In this document: in pieces, positions 1-8,426 of the stretch
How positions within the stretch are numbered: the stretch's first letter is position 1
Layout of the letters: each line of letters starts with the position of its first letter
From: an uncultured Spirochaetota bacterium
GTDB taxonomy: Bacteria; Spirochaetota; Spirochaetia; SZUA-6; Fen-1364
Length of the DNA stretch: 64,000 nucleotides
Direction: 5' to 3'
Assembly: GCA_963845535.1 (NCBI GenBank)
Contig: CAWJSK010000003.1
Span: 1-64,000 of the forward strand
The notes under the pieces: model-generated
The model's input: only the letters and a program-made list of their open reading frames with translations
Database searches by the model: none
What the model was told of the DNA's origin: nothing
Program-made: the position numbers and the translations under genes

Positions 1-46
1 ATGAGGCAAAGTGTTACGGAAAGAAAGTCTGGCGCTCACGGGATCC

Positions 47-436
47 TCATATCACTCGGAGTCGCTCGGCGGTCTTGCGATAGCGGATTTCCTCATTGTC
101 GAAGTCCAGAATAATGCGGCAGCTCTGGAGCGTTTTGGCTCCTACGATGATTTCTTCCGGACATTCGTCAAAGACTACGAAGGTGTCATAAAATCGGGCC
201 TCACTGTCATCAAATCGGAACATGAGTCCAACGCAGGACTCCGTCTGCATCAACTGGCCGGCACGGGCAGTCTCGAATACCCACTCCTCGGGGTCCGGAA
301 GCGGAGAAAGCGGCTGGAGAGATTCCGCAAGATCTCTGCGAATAATGGAATAGCTGGCGCCGCTGTCAAAGAGGGCTTTGCAGCGCTTGCGGCCCCGGGT
401 ACCGATCAACAAGATTTCTTTTTCGAGTACGCTCAC
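47..436 (-). CDS. Retropepsin-like (clan AA) single-domain aspartic protease
   Basis: ALFDSGASYSII catalytic motif and IIVG psi-loop; GTG at 436 preceded by AGGAGG. Confidence 0.8.
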   Translation of the reverse strand: MSVLEKEILLIGTRGRKRCKALFDSGASYSIIRRDLAESLQPLSPLPDPEEWVFETARAGQLMQTESCVGLMFRFDDSEARFYDTFVVFDECPEEIIVGAKTLQSCRIILDFDNEEIRYRKTAERLRVI

Positions 437-746
437 GGTTGCCTCCTGTCTTGGTATGCAGGGGACTTTGAGCCGCTGCTTCATGACTGCAATGTGACGG
501 TGATGGCCGGCGCCGGTCAAGCAGCGGAAAACCCATCAGATGCAGGATCTGATAGAAGTCTCGTGAAGCGCGCGAGACGCCCTTCACGGCGCCTTCCCTG
601 CGTCCCGTTTCAAGATAGCGATTGGCGGGCCGTTTCGTGCGGGTGCGAAAACGACAATTTCGGGGGCCGAACGCGACACCCCTCGATCGGCAGTACCAAA
701 TGTGGCGTGATTGAATGGCGGGTCGTAGGCGGGTCGCGGAATTTCC

Positions 747-789
747 TTGACAACGTTTGCTGAGGGGTGTTCAATGATTTCAGTCATTG
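747..789 (+). promoter_or_regulatory. Putative sigma70 promoter of the hox operon with overlapping inverted-repeat operator
   Basis: TTGACA (747-752), 17 bp, TTCAAT (770-775); CAATGA-N6-TCATTG at 772-789. Confidence 0.5.
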
Positions 790-871
790 GTATGTCACCG
801 CAATTCTGATACCTGTGCTCCACCGCCTTCGGTATATATCGCTCGCTTCCATAAGGCAAAAGGAGGCATTC

Positions 872-2638
872 ATGCCAGCCGACCCGTCATCGATAGTCCA
901 GGATGTTCTGCGCATCACGGGCACCGATCGCGGCAGGCTGCTGGACGTAGCTCGCGAGGTGCAGTCCCGCCTGGGATGGATTCCCGGGGAGGCTGTCCAC
1001 GCAATCGCGGATGCGCTTGGAATACGGCCAGTACAGGTGCGGGATGCAATCAGCTTCTACTCGTTTCTCTCGCTTTCCCCCGGCGCGCGAACCGTCCTTC
1101 GTCTCAGCACCTGCGTCGCAGGCAAGATGCAAGGGTCGCAGGAGGTCGAAGAGGCTCTCGCCAAGGAGGCGGGCACCCGTTTCGGGGACATAAGCCCCAA
1201 TAGCGCCATAGCCCTCACTCACACCGCATGCGACGGAATGTGTGATCAGTCGCCCTCCGCTCTTGTCGAAGGGAAAGTGCTGACCAACCTCAGGCCGCAC
1301 GACGCGCGAAAGATCATCGACGGAATGCTGCGGAAATCGGCCTTTTCCCATACGCGCGTAGAGAGCCACATCCGCCAGGCAGGCCCGGTGATTTTTGCGC
1401 CGTTGGAAAGAGGCGCGGCCATCCGGGCCGCGCTCAGCAGAAGCCCGCAAGAAGTCGTTGACGAAGTGGCGAAAGCGAGGCTGCGGGGAAGAGGCGGCGC
1501 CGGCTTCCCGACTGGGATGAAATGGGACTTCTGCCGCAAGGCTCCGGGAACGGAGCGCTACCTGATCTGCAATTGCGATGAGGGGGAGATGGGGACCTTC
1601 AAGGACAGGGTGATCGTCACTGAAGTCCCAGACCTGCTGTTCGAAGGAATGACCATCGGCGGATATGCCCTGGGGGCAAAGCTCGGCATCATCTACCTTC
1701 GCGGAGAGTATGAGTATCTGCTCAAGCATCTGGAGGAAACACTGGAGCGAAGAAGGAGGCTCGGACTCCTCGGGGAAACGGTCTGCGGCCGCGAAGGCTT
1801 CGCGTTCGATATCAGAATCCAAGTCGGTGCGGGAGCATATATCTGCGGAGAGGAATCCGCGCTGCTGGAGTCTCTTGAGGGGAAGAGGGGCGCTCCGCGG
1901 GATCGGCCCCCGTTTCCGGTCCAGCGCGGCTACCTGAACCAGCCTACCGCTGTAAACAACGTGGAAACGCTCTGCTGCGTCGCGCGCATCATGGAAAAGG
2001 GCGCTGAGTGGTTCACAAAGATGGGAACGCGGGATTCGACGGGCACCAAACTGCTGAGCGTGTCCGGCGACTGTGCGCGGCCCGGAGTGTACGAGTTGGA
2101 GTTCGGGATTGTCGTCGACAGGCTTCTTGAGATGGTCGGAGCCACCGACGTGCAGGCTGTCCAGGTGGGCGGTCCCTCCGGCCAGTGTCTCGCCGGAAAA
2201 GACCTCGGGAAGCGGATCTGTTTCGAGGACGCCTCCACCGGCGGGGCGGTCATGGTGTTCAACTCCTCGCGCGACATCCTGGGCGTCATTCGGGATTTCA
2301 CCTCATTCTTCGTGGAGGACTCCTGCGGGTGGTGCGCCCCGTGCCGGATTGGAACTTCGCTGCTTCTGAGGAAAATGGACAAGATCCTTTCCGGTACGGC
2401 GGTCCGTCAAGACCTCCTCGACCTGGAGAACCTTGGCAACACCGTCAAGCTCATGAGCAGATGCGGCCTCGGGCAGACAAGCGCCAACCCCATCCTGACC
2501 AGCCTGAAGAACTTTCCGCACCTCTACGAACAGAAAATCCGCCCGGGGGATTTCTCTCCTGAGATCGACTTCCCGCGCGCGGTGCAGCCCGCCTGTGATC
2601 TGACGGGTCGAACACCTCCTCCAGAGGAGGAATCCTGA
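872..2638 (+). CDS. hoxF: NAD-reducing hydrogenase diaphorase subunit (NuoE-like + NuoF-like)
   Basis: LRGRGGAGFPTG, CNCDEGE, GAGAYICGEESALLESLEG, SCGWCAPC..C; AGGAGG before ATG 872. Confidence 0.92.
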   Translation: MPADPSSIVQDVLRITGTDRGRLLDVAREVQSRLGWIPGEAVHAIADALGIRPVQVRDAISFYSFLSLSPGARTVLRLSTCVAGKMQGSQEVEEALAKEAGTRFGDISPNSAIALTHTACDGMCDQSPSALVEGKVLTNLRPHDARKIIDGMLRKSAFSHTRVESHIRQAGPVIFAPLERGAAIRAALSRSPQEVVDEVAKARLRGRGGAGFPTGMKWDFCRKAPGTERYLICNCDEGEMGTFKDRVIVTEVPDLLFEGMTIGGYALGAKLGIIYLRGEYEYLLKHLEETLERRRRLGLLGETVCGREGFAFDIRIQVGAGAYICGEESALLESLEGKRGAPRDRPPFPVQRGYLNQPTAVNNVETLCCVARIMEKGAEWFTKMGTRDSTGTKLLSVSGDCARPGVYELEFGIVVDRLLEMVGATDVQAVQVGGPSGQCLAGKDLGKRICFEDASTGGAVMVFNSSRDILGVIRDFTSFFVEDSCGWCAPCRIGTSLLLRKMDKILSGTAVRQDLLDLENLGNTVKLMSRCGLGQTSANPILTSLKNFPHLYEQKIRPGDFSPEIDFPRAVQPACDLTGRTPPPEEES

Positions 2639-3357
2639 TGACCGGGCAAAAATTGCGAATCATCATCGACGGCACTGAGATCCCGGCGGAGGTTGGCCAG
2701 ACCATCCTCGAGGCGGCTGACGCCGCGGGCGTCTACATCCCGAGGCTCTGTTATCATCCTGAGCTCATTCCCGGCGGGCACTGCCGGTTGTGCACCGTGA
2801 AGGCGAACGGAAAGCCCATCAATGCCTGCACAATGACCGTCACGGACGGAATGGTCATCGAAAACAACAGCCCGGAAATGAACGCGCAGCGGCGCCACAT
2901 CCTTGAAATGCTCTTCGTGGAGGGAAACCATTTCTGCCCCTTCTGTGAGGCAAGCGGGAGCTGTGAGCTGCAAGCGCTCGCCTACAGGCAGGGCATGACC
3001 GCGCCCACGTATCCCTACTTCTTCCCCCAGCGGCATGTGGATGCCTCCCACCCTGACGTGTTCATCGACCGAAACCGCTGCATCCTCTGCGGCCGGTGCG
3101 TACGGGCGTCCCGAGACAAGGACGGCAAGAGCGTGTTCGGCTTCGAGGGCAGAGGGATAGAGACTCGCATCGCCGTGGATTCGGAAGAGGGTCTTTCCGG
3201 CACGCGGCTGGAGGCGGCGGATAGCGCCGCGCGTCTATGCCCGACGGGAAGCATTGTGATCAAGCGTCGCGCATACCGCGTCCCCTACGGGCAGCGCCGC
3301 TTCGACCTCGGTCCCATCGGTTCCGACATCGAGAAAAAGGGGAAAGACGATGTCTAA
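2638..3357 (+). CDS. hoxU: NAD-reducing hydrogenase Fe-S subunit (NuoG N-terminal-like)
   Basis: IPRLC..CRLC..C, HFCPFC..C, CILCGRC; coupled to hoxF. Confidence 0.92.
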   Translation: MTGQKLRIIIDGTEIPAEVGQTILEAADAAGVYIPRLCYHPELIPGGHCRLCTVKANGKPINACTMTVTDGMVIENNSPEMNAQRRHILEMLFVEGNHFCPFCEASGSCELQALAYRQGMTAPTYPYFFPQRHVDASHPDVFIDRNRCILCGRCVRASRDKDGKSVFGFEGRGIETRIAVDSEEGLSGTRLEAADSAARLCPTGSIVIKRRAYRVPYGQRRFDLGPIGSDIEKKGKDDV

Positions 3358-3889
3358 ACCGCGGATCGCAACTGCCCATCTCACGGGATGTTTCGGGTGT
3401 CATATGTCGCTGCTCGATATTGATGAGAGGCTCCTCGATCTCATCCAGGTGGTGGATTTCGACAAGTCGCCGTTCGACGACATCAAGGAGTTCAGCACGA
3501 CGTGCGACGTGGGTCTCATCGAGGGGGGATGCTCGAACGATGAAAACGTGCGCGTGCTGCGTTCGTTCCGCAAGAACTGCCGCACCCTCGTGTCGGTCGG
3601 AGAGTGCGCGCTCACCGGCGGGGTGCCCGCGCTTCGAAACATGGTTCCCCTTTCCGAGTGCATGAAGGAGGCTTATTTGAAAGGCCCGTCCGTGGTTGAC
3701 GGCGTGCTCCCAGATGACCCGGATCTCCCCCTCATCCTGGACCGCGTCTACCCGAGTCACGAAGTGGTAAAGATCGATCATTTCCTGCCCGGGTGTCCGC
3801 CTTCCGCGGACGCGATCTGGGAGTTTCTCAGCGCGCTCCTGGCCGGCGGGGGATTCAACCTGGGCTACCGGATGATCAAGTACGACTGA
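3350..3889 (+). CDS. hoxY: [NiFe]-hydrogenase small subunit, group 3d
   Basis: GCFGCHMS, GECA, LPGCPP; short single-cluster small subunit. Confidence 0.92.
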   Translation: MSKPRIATAHLTGCFGCHMSLLDIDERLLDLIQVVDFDKSPFDDIKEFSTTCDVGLIEGGCSNDENVRVLRSFRKNCRTLVSVGECALTGGVPALRNMVPLSECMKEAYLKGPSVVDGVLPDDPDLPLILDRVYPSHEVVKIDHFLPGCPPSADAIWEFLSALLAGGGFNLGYRMIKYD

Positions 3890-3913
3890 GGCCGGAGAAG
3901 AGGAGCGCGGTCG

Positions 3914-5347
3914 ATGGCACAGAAGATCGTCATCAATCCTGTCACCCGCGTGGAAGGCCACGGAAAGGTCACCATCCATCTCGATGACGCCGGACGCGTG
4001 ACGCGGGCGCGGTTTCACATCATCGAGTTTCGCGGCTTCGAGCGTTTCGTCCAGGGACGCCTCTACTGGGAAGCTCCCGTCATCGTGCAGAGGCTGTGCG
4101 GGATCTGCCCCGTCAGCCACCTTCTTGCCGCGGCAAAGGCCATGGATGTCGTGGTGGGAGCGGACCACCTCACGCCGACGGCGGAGAAGATGCGCCGTCT
4201 CATGCACTACGGCCAGGTCTTTCAGTCCCATGCTCTGCATTTCTTCCATCTTGCATCACCGGATCTGCTCCTCGGCTTCGAGAGCCCTCCAGAGGCCAGG
4301 AACGTGATCGGGCTTGCCCTGGCCCATCCGGAGCTTGCCCGCAGGGCCATCCTCATGAGGAAGTTCGGGCAGGAGATAATCCGCGCTACCGCCGGGAAGA
4401 AGATCCACGGGACCGGAGCAATCCCCGGAGGAATCAACAAGAATCTCTCAGTCGCGGAGCGTGACGAGCTTGCCCCCCATGTGGACACCATGATCGCCTG
4501 GTCGGAGGAGGCCCTGGAGCTCTTCAAGAAGCTCTATCGGGAGAACCGGAAATACTTCACGGATTTCGCCAGCTTCGAGAGCAACTTCGTGAGCATCGTT
4601 CGCGCGGATGGCGGCCTGGACCTGTATGACGGTCTCCTCAGGGCGAAAGACCCCGACGGGAAAATCATCTTCGACAGGGTGCTGCCGCAGGACTACCTCA
4701 GCGTGATCCGTGAGGAAGTCAGGCCGTGGAGCTATATGAAGTTTCCGTTCATCCATCCCCTGGGAAAGGAAAAGGGCTGGTACCGGGTCGGACCTCTTGC
4801 GCGGTTGAATAACTGCGACTTCATCGACACGCCTCGCGCCGAAGCGGAGAGGAAGGAGTTCCTCGAGCTCGGCAACGGCAGGCCCGTCCACGCAACGCTT
4901 GCCTACCACTGGGCCAGGCTGATCGAGACGCTTCATGCGGCGGAAAAGATCAAGGAGCTGCTCCCCGACCCTGATCTCCAGGGTTCCGATCTCCTGGTCA
5001 GCGGAAAACGGCGTCCCGAGGGCATGGCATGGATCGAGGCGCCCCGCGGGACCCTGTTCCACCACTACCGCGTGCGGGACGATGACACCATCGAGATGGC
5101 AAACCTCATCGTGTCAACGACGAGCAACAACGAGCCGATGAACAGGGCCGTGCAGAAGGTGGCGCAGGACGAGCTTTCGGGCAGGGAGATCACTGAAGGG
5201 CTGCTGAACAAGGTGGAGGTCGCCATCAGGGCCTTTGATCCCTGCCTGAGCTGCGCCACCCACGCGCTGGGCAGAATGGCCCTCGAGGTGACACTCGTGG
5301 ATCCGCGCGGGCGCGTCGTGGATCGAAGGCTTCGCGAGCAGGCGTGA
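3914..5347 (+). CDS. hoxH: [NiFe]-hydrogenase large subunit, group 3d
   Basis: TRVEGH, L1 RLCGICPVSH, EAPRG, L2 DPCLSCATH with C-terminal extension. Confidence 0.95.
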   Translation: MAQKIVINPVTRVEGHGKVTIHLDDAGRVTRARFHIIEFRGFERFVQGRLYWEAPVIVQRLCGICPVSHLLAAAKAMDVVVGADHLTPTAEKMRRLMHYGQVFQSHALHFFHLASPDLLLGFESPPEARNVIGLALAHPELARRAILMRKFGQEIIRATAGKKIHGTGAIPGGINKNLSVAERDELAPHVDTMIAWSEEALELFKKLYRENRKYFTDFASFESNFVSIVRADGGLDLYDGLLRAKDPDGKIIFDRVLPQDYLSVIREEVRPWSYMKFPFIHPLGKEKGWYRVGPLARLNNCDFIDTPRAEAERKEFLELGNGRPVHATLAYHWARLIETLHAAEKIKELLPDPDLQGSDLLVSGKRRPEGMAWIEAPRGTLFHHYRVRDDDTIEMANLIVSTTSNNEPMNRAVQKVAQDELSGREITEGLLNKVEVAIRAFDPCLSCATHALGRMALEVTLVDPRGRVVDRRLREQA

Positions 5348-6222
5348 GCGGCGCGCCGCCGGAGAAGGCTTCCGTGCTCGTCATTTGCTACGGGAATCCA
5401 GGCCGGCGTGATGACGGGCTTGGGCCGTGGATTGCAGAGGAGCTCGAGAGGCGGCATGGAGAGAGCGTGACGGTGGAGGCCGTCTTCCAGCTTGCAATCG
5501 AGTTGTGCGTGGAGATCGCGCGTCACAGGATGGTTCTTTTCGTGGATGCTGCGCGCGGAGGTCCCGCGCCTTTTCGGGTGAGCCGTTTGCAGCTTCCGCG
5601 GATCGGGCAGGGGAGGGCGGCCTCGGTGGGTTTCACGATGCACGAGGTGAGCCCCGCAGGCCTCATGACAATCTGCCAATCCAACTACAACCCCGGACCC
5701 CCCGCGTGGATCATTGGGGTGCGGGGATACAGGTTCGGCGGCGGTGAGGGGCTGAGCAGGAATGCGGAGCGAAACGCTCTCAAGACGATCGTGTTCCTGG
5801 ACGCTCTGCTATCAAGGGGAAGTGAGGCTTTTATGGCGGGAACAGAAGGACAGACGAAGACGATCCTCCTCGTTGACGATGATGCGGACGTGCGGGCCAC
5901 CCTGCGGATCGTCCTGGAATCCGAGGGTTTCACCGTGGGTGAGGCCGCGGACGGCGACGCCGGGATGAAGATCGCGGAAAGGATACGGCCTGACGCGATC
6001 ATCGTCGACCTGATGATGGAGACGGTTGACGCGGGCAGCAAGGTCTCCACGCGCCTGAAGGCCTCCGGGTTTACCTGCCCGATCTATCTTCTCAGCGCGG
6101 CCGGGGATTCCGTACGGTACAACATCGACACGCAGGAGCTGGGGCTCGCGGGGATATTTCAGAAACCTGCGGACCCTGTCACCCTGGTCGCGACGTTGAA
6201 AACGAGGCTCCAGTTTCCTTGA
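5344..6222 (+). CDS. hoxW: Hydrogenase maturation protease fused to C-terminal response-regulator receiver domain
   Basis: N-terminal GNPGRRDDGLG, FVDAA, TMHE; C-terminal LLVDDD, IIVDLMM, LLSA, QKP; no intervening stop. Confidence 0.85.
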   Translation: MSGAPPEKASVLVICYGNPGRRDDGLGPWIAEELERRHGESVTVEAVFQLAIELCVEIARHRMVLFVDAARGGPAPFRVSRLQLPRIGQGRAASVGFTMHEVSPAGLMTICQSNYNPGPPAWIIGVRGYRFGGGEGLSRNAERNALKTIVFLDALLSRGSEAFMAGTEGQTKTILLVDDDADVRATLRIVLESEGFTVGEAADGDAGMKIAERIRPDAIIVDLMMETVDAGSKVSTRLKASGFTCPIYLLSAAGDSVRYNIDTQELGLAGIFQKPADPVTLVATLKTRLQFP

Positions 6223-6234
6223 AAAGCGAAGAGC

Positions 6235-6714
6235 CTACTGTGAGCTCGCGTGCTGGTAATCAGCCAGGAACATATCGATGAGTTTTTTTTCAGCTTCAAC
6301 CACGCGACTCACGTCTATTACTCCCAAGAGTTGGAGCACGTCCTTCGACCAGATCACGGCACGAAAGGGGCCGGCGGTTCTATTGTTGTAGACGTCATCC
6401 AGACATGCCATCACAACGTCTGTTGCATAGAATCTTCCGTTGGGCTCCTTGATATCCGAAATCCGTAATGAGATCGTCGGAACGGTGCCGTCGTATTGAG
6501 CTTGTGTGAAAACGATGAGCCCGGCCTTTCTCAGATCGAGCTCCAGTGTCGTTGCAAGGGTTCCCTCTTCTACCCCGTCCTTGCGAAGCTCATTCGAGAG
6601 GTCCGCAACCACGACATTTACTTTCTTTATGCCTTTGAGCTCCATGGCCTGGTTGAATGCAAATGCGGTCGTTGAGAGAACGAAGAAAACCAGGAAAAAA
6701 CCCGACCTTATCAT
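6235..6714 (-). CDS. Secreted hypothetical protein
   Basis: Signal peptide ending TTAFA; G-rich RBS before ATG 6714. Confidence 0.7.
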   Translation of the reverse strand: MIRSGFFLVFFVLSTTAFAFNQAMELKGIKKVNVVVADLSNELRKDGVEEGTLATTLELDLRKAGLIVFTQAQYDGTVPTISLRISDIKEPNGRFYATDVVMACLDDVYNNRTAGPFRAVIWSKDVLQLLGVIDVSRVVEAEKKLIDMFLADYQHASSQ

Positions 6715-6745
6715 TATGTCCCCCCTCATGACGCACAAGGCTCTC

Positions 6746-7921
6746 CTATTTTTCGATGAAGAACGCGACCCTGCGGTTTTTCCATCGGTTTGCAAGGTCG
6801 CTGTCCGGCACCAGCTGGTCTGATGCGCCGACTCCCTCCGTGATGAACGTGGCGGCTTTCAAGCCCCTTTGGATCAGCGCATCCAGCACTGCCTCTGCAC
6901 GGGCCTTCGAAAGAGGCAGCAGAACGTCTCTCTGCTCTATTTCGCCAAGGGCTTTGTCGTCCCAGTGGATCATGACTGCGTGCCCCACGAGCTTGATGGT
7001 GTAGGCAGGGAACCGCTTCAGCTTCGCGGCCATGTCATCAAGGCGCCTCATATTCTGCGCGGCCAGATCAGGCCTCACGTCCTGGTAGTCGGCGGTGTAC
7101 GGCTTGAAAAAAATGCGGGAACTCACGATGCGGTACCCGGTTGGAGTCTTCTCCACCAGGATGTCCACGGGAACCACCGACTTCAGCTCTCCCACGTTGC
7201 CGTACTCATCCCGCACCTTGACGAGAACAGGGTAGTCCTCCGCCGACACCACCAGATCGCCATTCAGGCCTTTTCCGTTCCAGACCGCCGTCTTTGTCGG
7301 CCACTTCGCTTCGAATGTCTGAAAGGGGTGATCCTCCGGATCGTCGATTTCCATCTTCCAGCTATCGATCTTTGCGATGGAAGAGCTTGCATCAACAGTC
7401 AACGTGATGGTAGGCGAACCCTCGATCGGTGAGAACAGTGGGTCGGAGAGCGTGACAGATCCCGCGGGTGGAGTGATATCCAGCACGAAAGGGGCGCTCG
7501 TGGCAGTGCCAGGCTTGAATGCGCCCCCGTAGTCCACGGAAAGCCGTGCGGTGTATGTTCCTTCCGGCGCAAAGCTTCCAGAGTCGTTTTTCCCGTCCCA
7601 GCTCACAGCCGCGGGAAGATTCGAGCCGTCTCCATTGAAGGTCTTCTGCGCCCGCTGGCTGGAGTCCAGGAACTCCAGCTTCCAGGTTTTCACGGATTCA
7701 TTCGCGCCGTAGGACAGCGCGAGATTGATGGCAGCCGGCTCGCCCTTGGGGGAAAAACCCGCGGATTCCGGAGTAACCGAAAGGGTTCCCGTCGTCGCCT
7801 GCGCCTGACCGGCTTGCTGCTGGGCTGTTTTTGGGGCGACTTGCTTGGTGGTCTGGCAGCCCACCAGAGCGAAGCTGAGCGCAACTGCCGCCATCCCGAG
7901 TCGCAAGAAGCGATTTTTCAT
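6746..7921 (-). CDS. Lipoprotein with FlgD-like Ig repeats and C-terminal OmpA-like peptidoglycan-binding domain
   Basis: Lipobox LVGC; WDGKNDSG and WNGKGLNG repeats; LVGH..LSKARAEAV..NRRV. Confidence 0.85.
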   Translation of the reverse strand: MKNRFLRLGMAAVALSFALVGCQTTKQVAPKTAQQQAGQAQATTGTLSVTPESAGFSPKGEPAAINLALSYGANESVKTWKLEFLDSSQRAQKTFNGDGSNLPAAVSWDGKNDSGSFAPEGTYTARLSVDYGGAFKPGTATSAPFVLDITPPAGSVTLSDPLFSPIEGSPTITLTVDASSSIAKIDSWKMEIDDPEDHPFQTFEAKWPTKTAVWNGKGLNGDLVVSAEDYPVLVKVRDEYGNVGELKSVVPVDILVEKTPTGYRIVSSRIFFKPYTADYQDVRPDLAAQNMRRLDDMAAKLKRFPAYTIKLVGHAVMIHWDDKALGEIEQRDVLLPLSKARAEAVLDALIQRGLKAATFITEGVGASDQLVPDSDLANRWKNRRVAFFIEK

Positions 7922-8096
7922 GATCGTCCACGAGTCCGTTCGTTTCATAGCGGAAAAGGTAGGAGGGAACGTGGCCGGCGGGTGTCATCTGGAGAATGAT
8001 TTTCCCATCGAATCTCAGAGTGGAGCGGATCGAAGGAATTCGACAGGCGTCGTTGTAGCACTGCTTCACGTGCGTGTTTTTTGTCAGGGCGCGTGT

Positions 8097-8350
8097 TCAA
8101 CTCGTGTGCCGCGCAACCCTCCTGCCTTCGAAAAGAAAGAACGCCGCTGGCACAACGTAGAAAGTCAGGACCGTTGACGAGATGACTCCTCCCAGCATGA
8201 CGATCCCCAGCTTCTGACCGAACTCAGCGCCCTGGCCCCTTCCGAGGATGAGAGGGAAGCTGATCACGAGAACCGTCAGCGTGGTCATGATGATGGGCCG
8301 GAAACGAAGCCGCGCTGATTCGATCAACGCGGTTTCGGTGACCGCCTGAC
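8097..8350 (-). pseudogene. C-terminal remnant of RND efflux permease (AcrB family)
   Basis: [32 protein letters not shown]; only ~80 codons of a family normally ~1000 aa. Confidence 0.8.
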
Positions 8351-8373
8351 GAAAAACTCAATTCTATCTATTT

Positions 8374-8405
8374 TATTTGCAAATATCCAAAATGTGGGGT
8401 AATAT
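8374..8405 (+). promoter_or_regulatory. Putative sigma70 promoter of the sensor kinase with palindrome over -35
   Basis: TTGCAA (8377-8382), 17 bp, TAATAT (8400-8405); TATTTGCAAATA palindrome 8374-8385. Confidence 0.55.
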
Positions 8406-8426
8406 GAACCGCAGGGAGAATCGTAA

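Noticed and set aside
11..763. 250-aa plus-strand ORF
   Set aside because: Antisense to the retropepsin gene, which has the catalytic motif and RBS
3914..5347. Possible [NiFeSe] hydrogenase
   Set aside because: L2 motif is DPCLSC with ordinary Cys codons; no in-frame TGA
7949..8096. Possible riboswitch upstream of the OmpA-family lipoprotein
   Set aside because: No recognisable aptamer consensus or terminator
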